A DNA stretch of 64,000 nucleotides from Macrostomum lignano (taxonomy: Eukaryota): NCBI GenBank assembly GCA_002269645.1, contig NIVC01001761.1:176666-240665 (forward strand), in the 5' to 3' direction. A program made the position numbers and the translations under genes. Below, in pieces: positions 61,501 through 64,000 of the stretch. The notes beneath the pieces were generated by a model. The model saw nothing but the letters and a program-made list of their open reading frames with translations. It was not told the DNA's origin and made no database searches. Each line of letters begins with the position of its first letter. The stretch's first letter is position 1.

Positions 61501-62821
61501 TTAGCTGTCGATTGCCGCTGCAGACTAAGCTAATTACCAGCGCTCTATCCCGCTGCCGGGATCTGAAAGGCCGGCCCCTGCGACTCATAATCTGCTCCAG
61601 TCGATCATTCTCTGTCCCCGGGGATCGAGACGGATCTCCCCTTGTCTTGAAGGCTTTCAGTTTCTGTGCCATTATTTTTAAACTGCAAACCGGCTGTCTG
61701 TCAACTGGCCCGCCGGGACGCCGCCTCAAATCGATGAGGGATATTGGGCCTGCAGCTGCTGCCTGTTCGCAATTGGATTGCTAATCTAGCCAACCATGGA
61801 TTTGCTAATACAATGGATTGCTAATCTAGCAATCATGGATTAGCTAATACAATGGATTGCTAATCTAGCCAATCATGGATTAGCTAATACATTGGATTGC
61901 TAATCTAGCCAACCATGGATTTGCTAATACAATGGATTGCTAATCTAGCCAATCATGGATTTGCTAATACAATGGATTGCTAATCTAGCCAATCATGGAT
62001 TAGCTAATACAATGGATTGCTAATCTAGCCAATCATGGATTTGCTAATACAATGGATTGCTAATCTAGCCAATCATGGATTTGCTAATACAATGGATTGC
62101 TAATCTAGCCAATCATGGATTAGCTAATACAATGGATTGCTAATCTAGCCAATCATGGATTTGCTAATACAATGGATTGCTAATCTAGCCAATCATGGAT
62201 TTGCTAATACAATGGATTGCTAATCTAGCCAATCATGGATTTGCTAATACAATGGATTGCTAATCTAGCCAATCATGGATTAGCTAATACATTGGATTGC
62301 TAATCTAGCCAATCATCGATTAGCTAATACAATGGATTGCTAATCTAGCCAATCATGGATTTGCTAATACAATGGATTGCTAATCTAGCCAATCATGGAT
62401 TTGCTAATACAATGGATTGCTAATCTAGCCAATCATGGATTTGCTAATACAATGGATTGCTAATCTAGCCAATCATGGATTTGCTAATACAATGGATTGC
62501 TAATCTAGCCAATCATGGATTAGCTAATACAATGGATTGCTAATCTAGCCAATCATGGATTAGCTAATACAATGGATTGCTAATCTAGCCAACCATGGAT
62601 TAGCTAATACAATAGATCGCTAATCTAGCCAATCATGGATTAGCTAATACAATGGATTTCAGCTCAAGCAACAGCAGCGGTAAGAAATCACTCACGACTT
62701 TTTTCTCCGCTTCGTATTCACGGAGCCGATTTCGCTCTGCAGGATGGCCAAGTCAATGTTGTCCTTCTGCAGCTGCTTGATGAACTTTTTGTTGTTCATC
62801 CAGCCGAACTGGTAGGAGTAC
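49595..62821 (-). CDS. HVCN1: Hv1-like voltage-gated proton channel (voltage-sensor-domain-only protein); 5' end not located
   Basis: Exons 62696-62821, 58697-59076 (S1 QIILCAFVLIDAVIVIAEIILE with the selectivity Asp), 56979-57500 (loop + S2 LHFVSIGILGLFVLEVALKI...KFE), 54164-54287 (S3 IVDAVVIMISFVADIV + S4 VLFLLWRIVRVING), 51989-52104 and 51480-51558 (coiled coil), and 49595-50238 (low-complexity tail). The junction after S1 and a frame break near 57165 are unresolved. Confidence 0.85.
52140..52685. repeat. ~41-bp minisatellite in Hv intron
   Basis: Unit GGGGCCCGAAGTCTATGGCCAGCCCTGCTGCCGGGGTTTG. Confidence 0.95.
54500..55135 (+). mobile_element. Internally deleted RTE-clade LINE in an Hv intron
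   Basis: RT fragment DFFKTSSGMLQG, then QTVQEVLLLTLQAP and RRFVDCLLADAG, homologous to 45030-45130. Ends in a (CAA)n tail. Confidence 0.7.
58140..58670. repeat. 32-bp minisatellite in Hv intron
   Basis: Unit CCTGACAGCCCACAGCCAGGCACTGAGCAAAT. Confidence 0.95.
59102..59628. repeat. Perfect 10-bp tandem repeat in Hv intron
   Basis: (TCTGCTTCTG)n, about 52 units. Confidence 0.97.
61775..62655. repeat. 40-bp minisatellite, with inverted partial copies at 61030-61200
   Basis: Unit AATGGATTGCTAATCTAGCCAATCATGGATTWGCTAATAC. Confidence 0.95.
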
Positions 62822-62949
62822 CTGCGGCCGGTGACAGCTTGACATTCAAATGTACCTTCTTTGCTTCAGAATGCGAATCGTTGAAATTTTGATTCTTTAT
62901 GTCCTGCTTTCGGCTTGGATTTGTTTGCTTGTGTTATGAATCATGCTGA

Positions 62950-63290
62950 TAACCAGCACTGTACATTGCGTCTATAGATAACCAGCACTGTACATTGCGT
63001 CTATAGATAACCAGCACTGTACATTGCGTCTATAGATAACCAGCACTGTACATTGTGTCCATAGATGACTAGCACTGTACATTGCGTCTATAGATAACCA
63101 GCACATTGTGTCCATAGATGACTAGCACTGTACATTGCGTCTATAGATAACCAGCACTGTACATTGTGTCCATAGATGACTAGCACTGTACATTGCGTCT
63201 ATAGATAACCAGCACATTGTGTCCATAGATGACTAGCACTGTACATTGTGTCTATTATGTCTATAGATAAGCAGCACTTTACAATGTGTC
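62950..63290. repeat. 29-bp minisatellite
   Basis: Unit AGATAACCAGCACTGTACATTGCGTCTAT. Confidence 0.9.
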
Positions 63291-63741
63291 TAAAGATAAG
63301 CAGTAATTTAATCACAAGTCAGTTTTCAGTCATATTCACAGTTAAAGTTCAGTTTTATAAAGTTAAGGCTGGAAATTCAGTCATCAAGTGCACATTGCCC
63401 CACACACTGCTGAGTTCTTCGCTGGCCTCTGAGACTTTGGCAGACGCTTAGAATTCGACTGCAGCCTCCTCAGCTCCCGCAGCCCCAGGCAACCTCAGCT
63501 GACCCCGAAAAAGAAAACATCAGCCGGAGGGGGCAAACAAACGGCCGAAGAAGCGATGCCGTGATTGAGTGGGGCTTGGGGCGATCGCGGAGCTTCAAGC
63601 TCCGCTGGGAAGAACCGGGACAGCAATTATGCGTTACCCCGGATCCCGGCGGCATCCCCGACCGTCGGGGACTCGCTGTTTGCGGATTCCGCTAGGAGCT
63701 TCTGAGTGGCGATCAAAGATTATAGCACAGGCCTTCACAAA

Positions 63742-63919
<178 letters not shown>

Positions 63920-64000
63920 AAAGTGTGCTCACCCTTATTTAGTCCCAGCACTTTAACACCCAGAATGAGCAGCAGCTAAGAGAGGAAAGGCCTTAACAGG

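Overview
This is GC-rich, intron-containing animal DNA, not prokaryotic. Minisatellite-filled introns and GC3-biased exons suggest a free-living flatworm such as Macrostomum, but that is an inference. Six protein-coding loci were reconstructed by hand from GT-AG junctions, all on the minus strand. (1) The 5' part of VPS41, which runs off the left edge. (2) Two tandem SWI/SNF core-subunit paralogues (SMARCC/BAF155-170/SWI3 family): a full-length ~1250-aa copy, and a ~619-aa copy that lacks the N-terminal module and carries a coding KSP-repeat insertion. Between the copies, near-identical tracts alternate with strongly diverged ones. (3) A LamG-like gene with an apparent frameshift. (4) A 7-exon DOK7-like PH-PTB adaptor. 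(5) An Hv1-type voltage-gated proton channel with a non-canonical S4 (first gating Arg replaced by Leu) and a long, probably glycosylated S1-S2 loop. Intergenic DNA holds a decayed Polinton/Maverick-type DNA polymerase B, LINE fragments, a tRNA-derived CORE-like SINE and non-autonomous DNA transposons with readable TIRs/TSDs (hAT, mariner, Sola-like). It also holds a palindromic foldback element with a 9-bp TSD. Most long ORFs in the supplied track are artefacts of tandem repeats or antisense frames.
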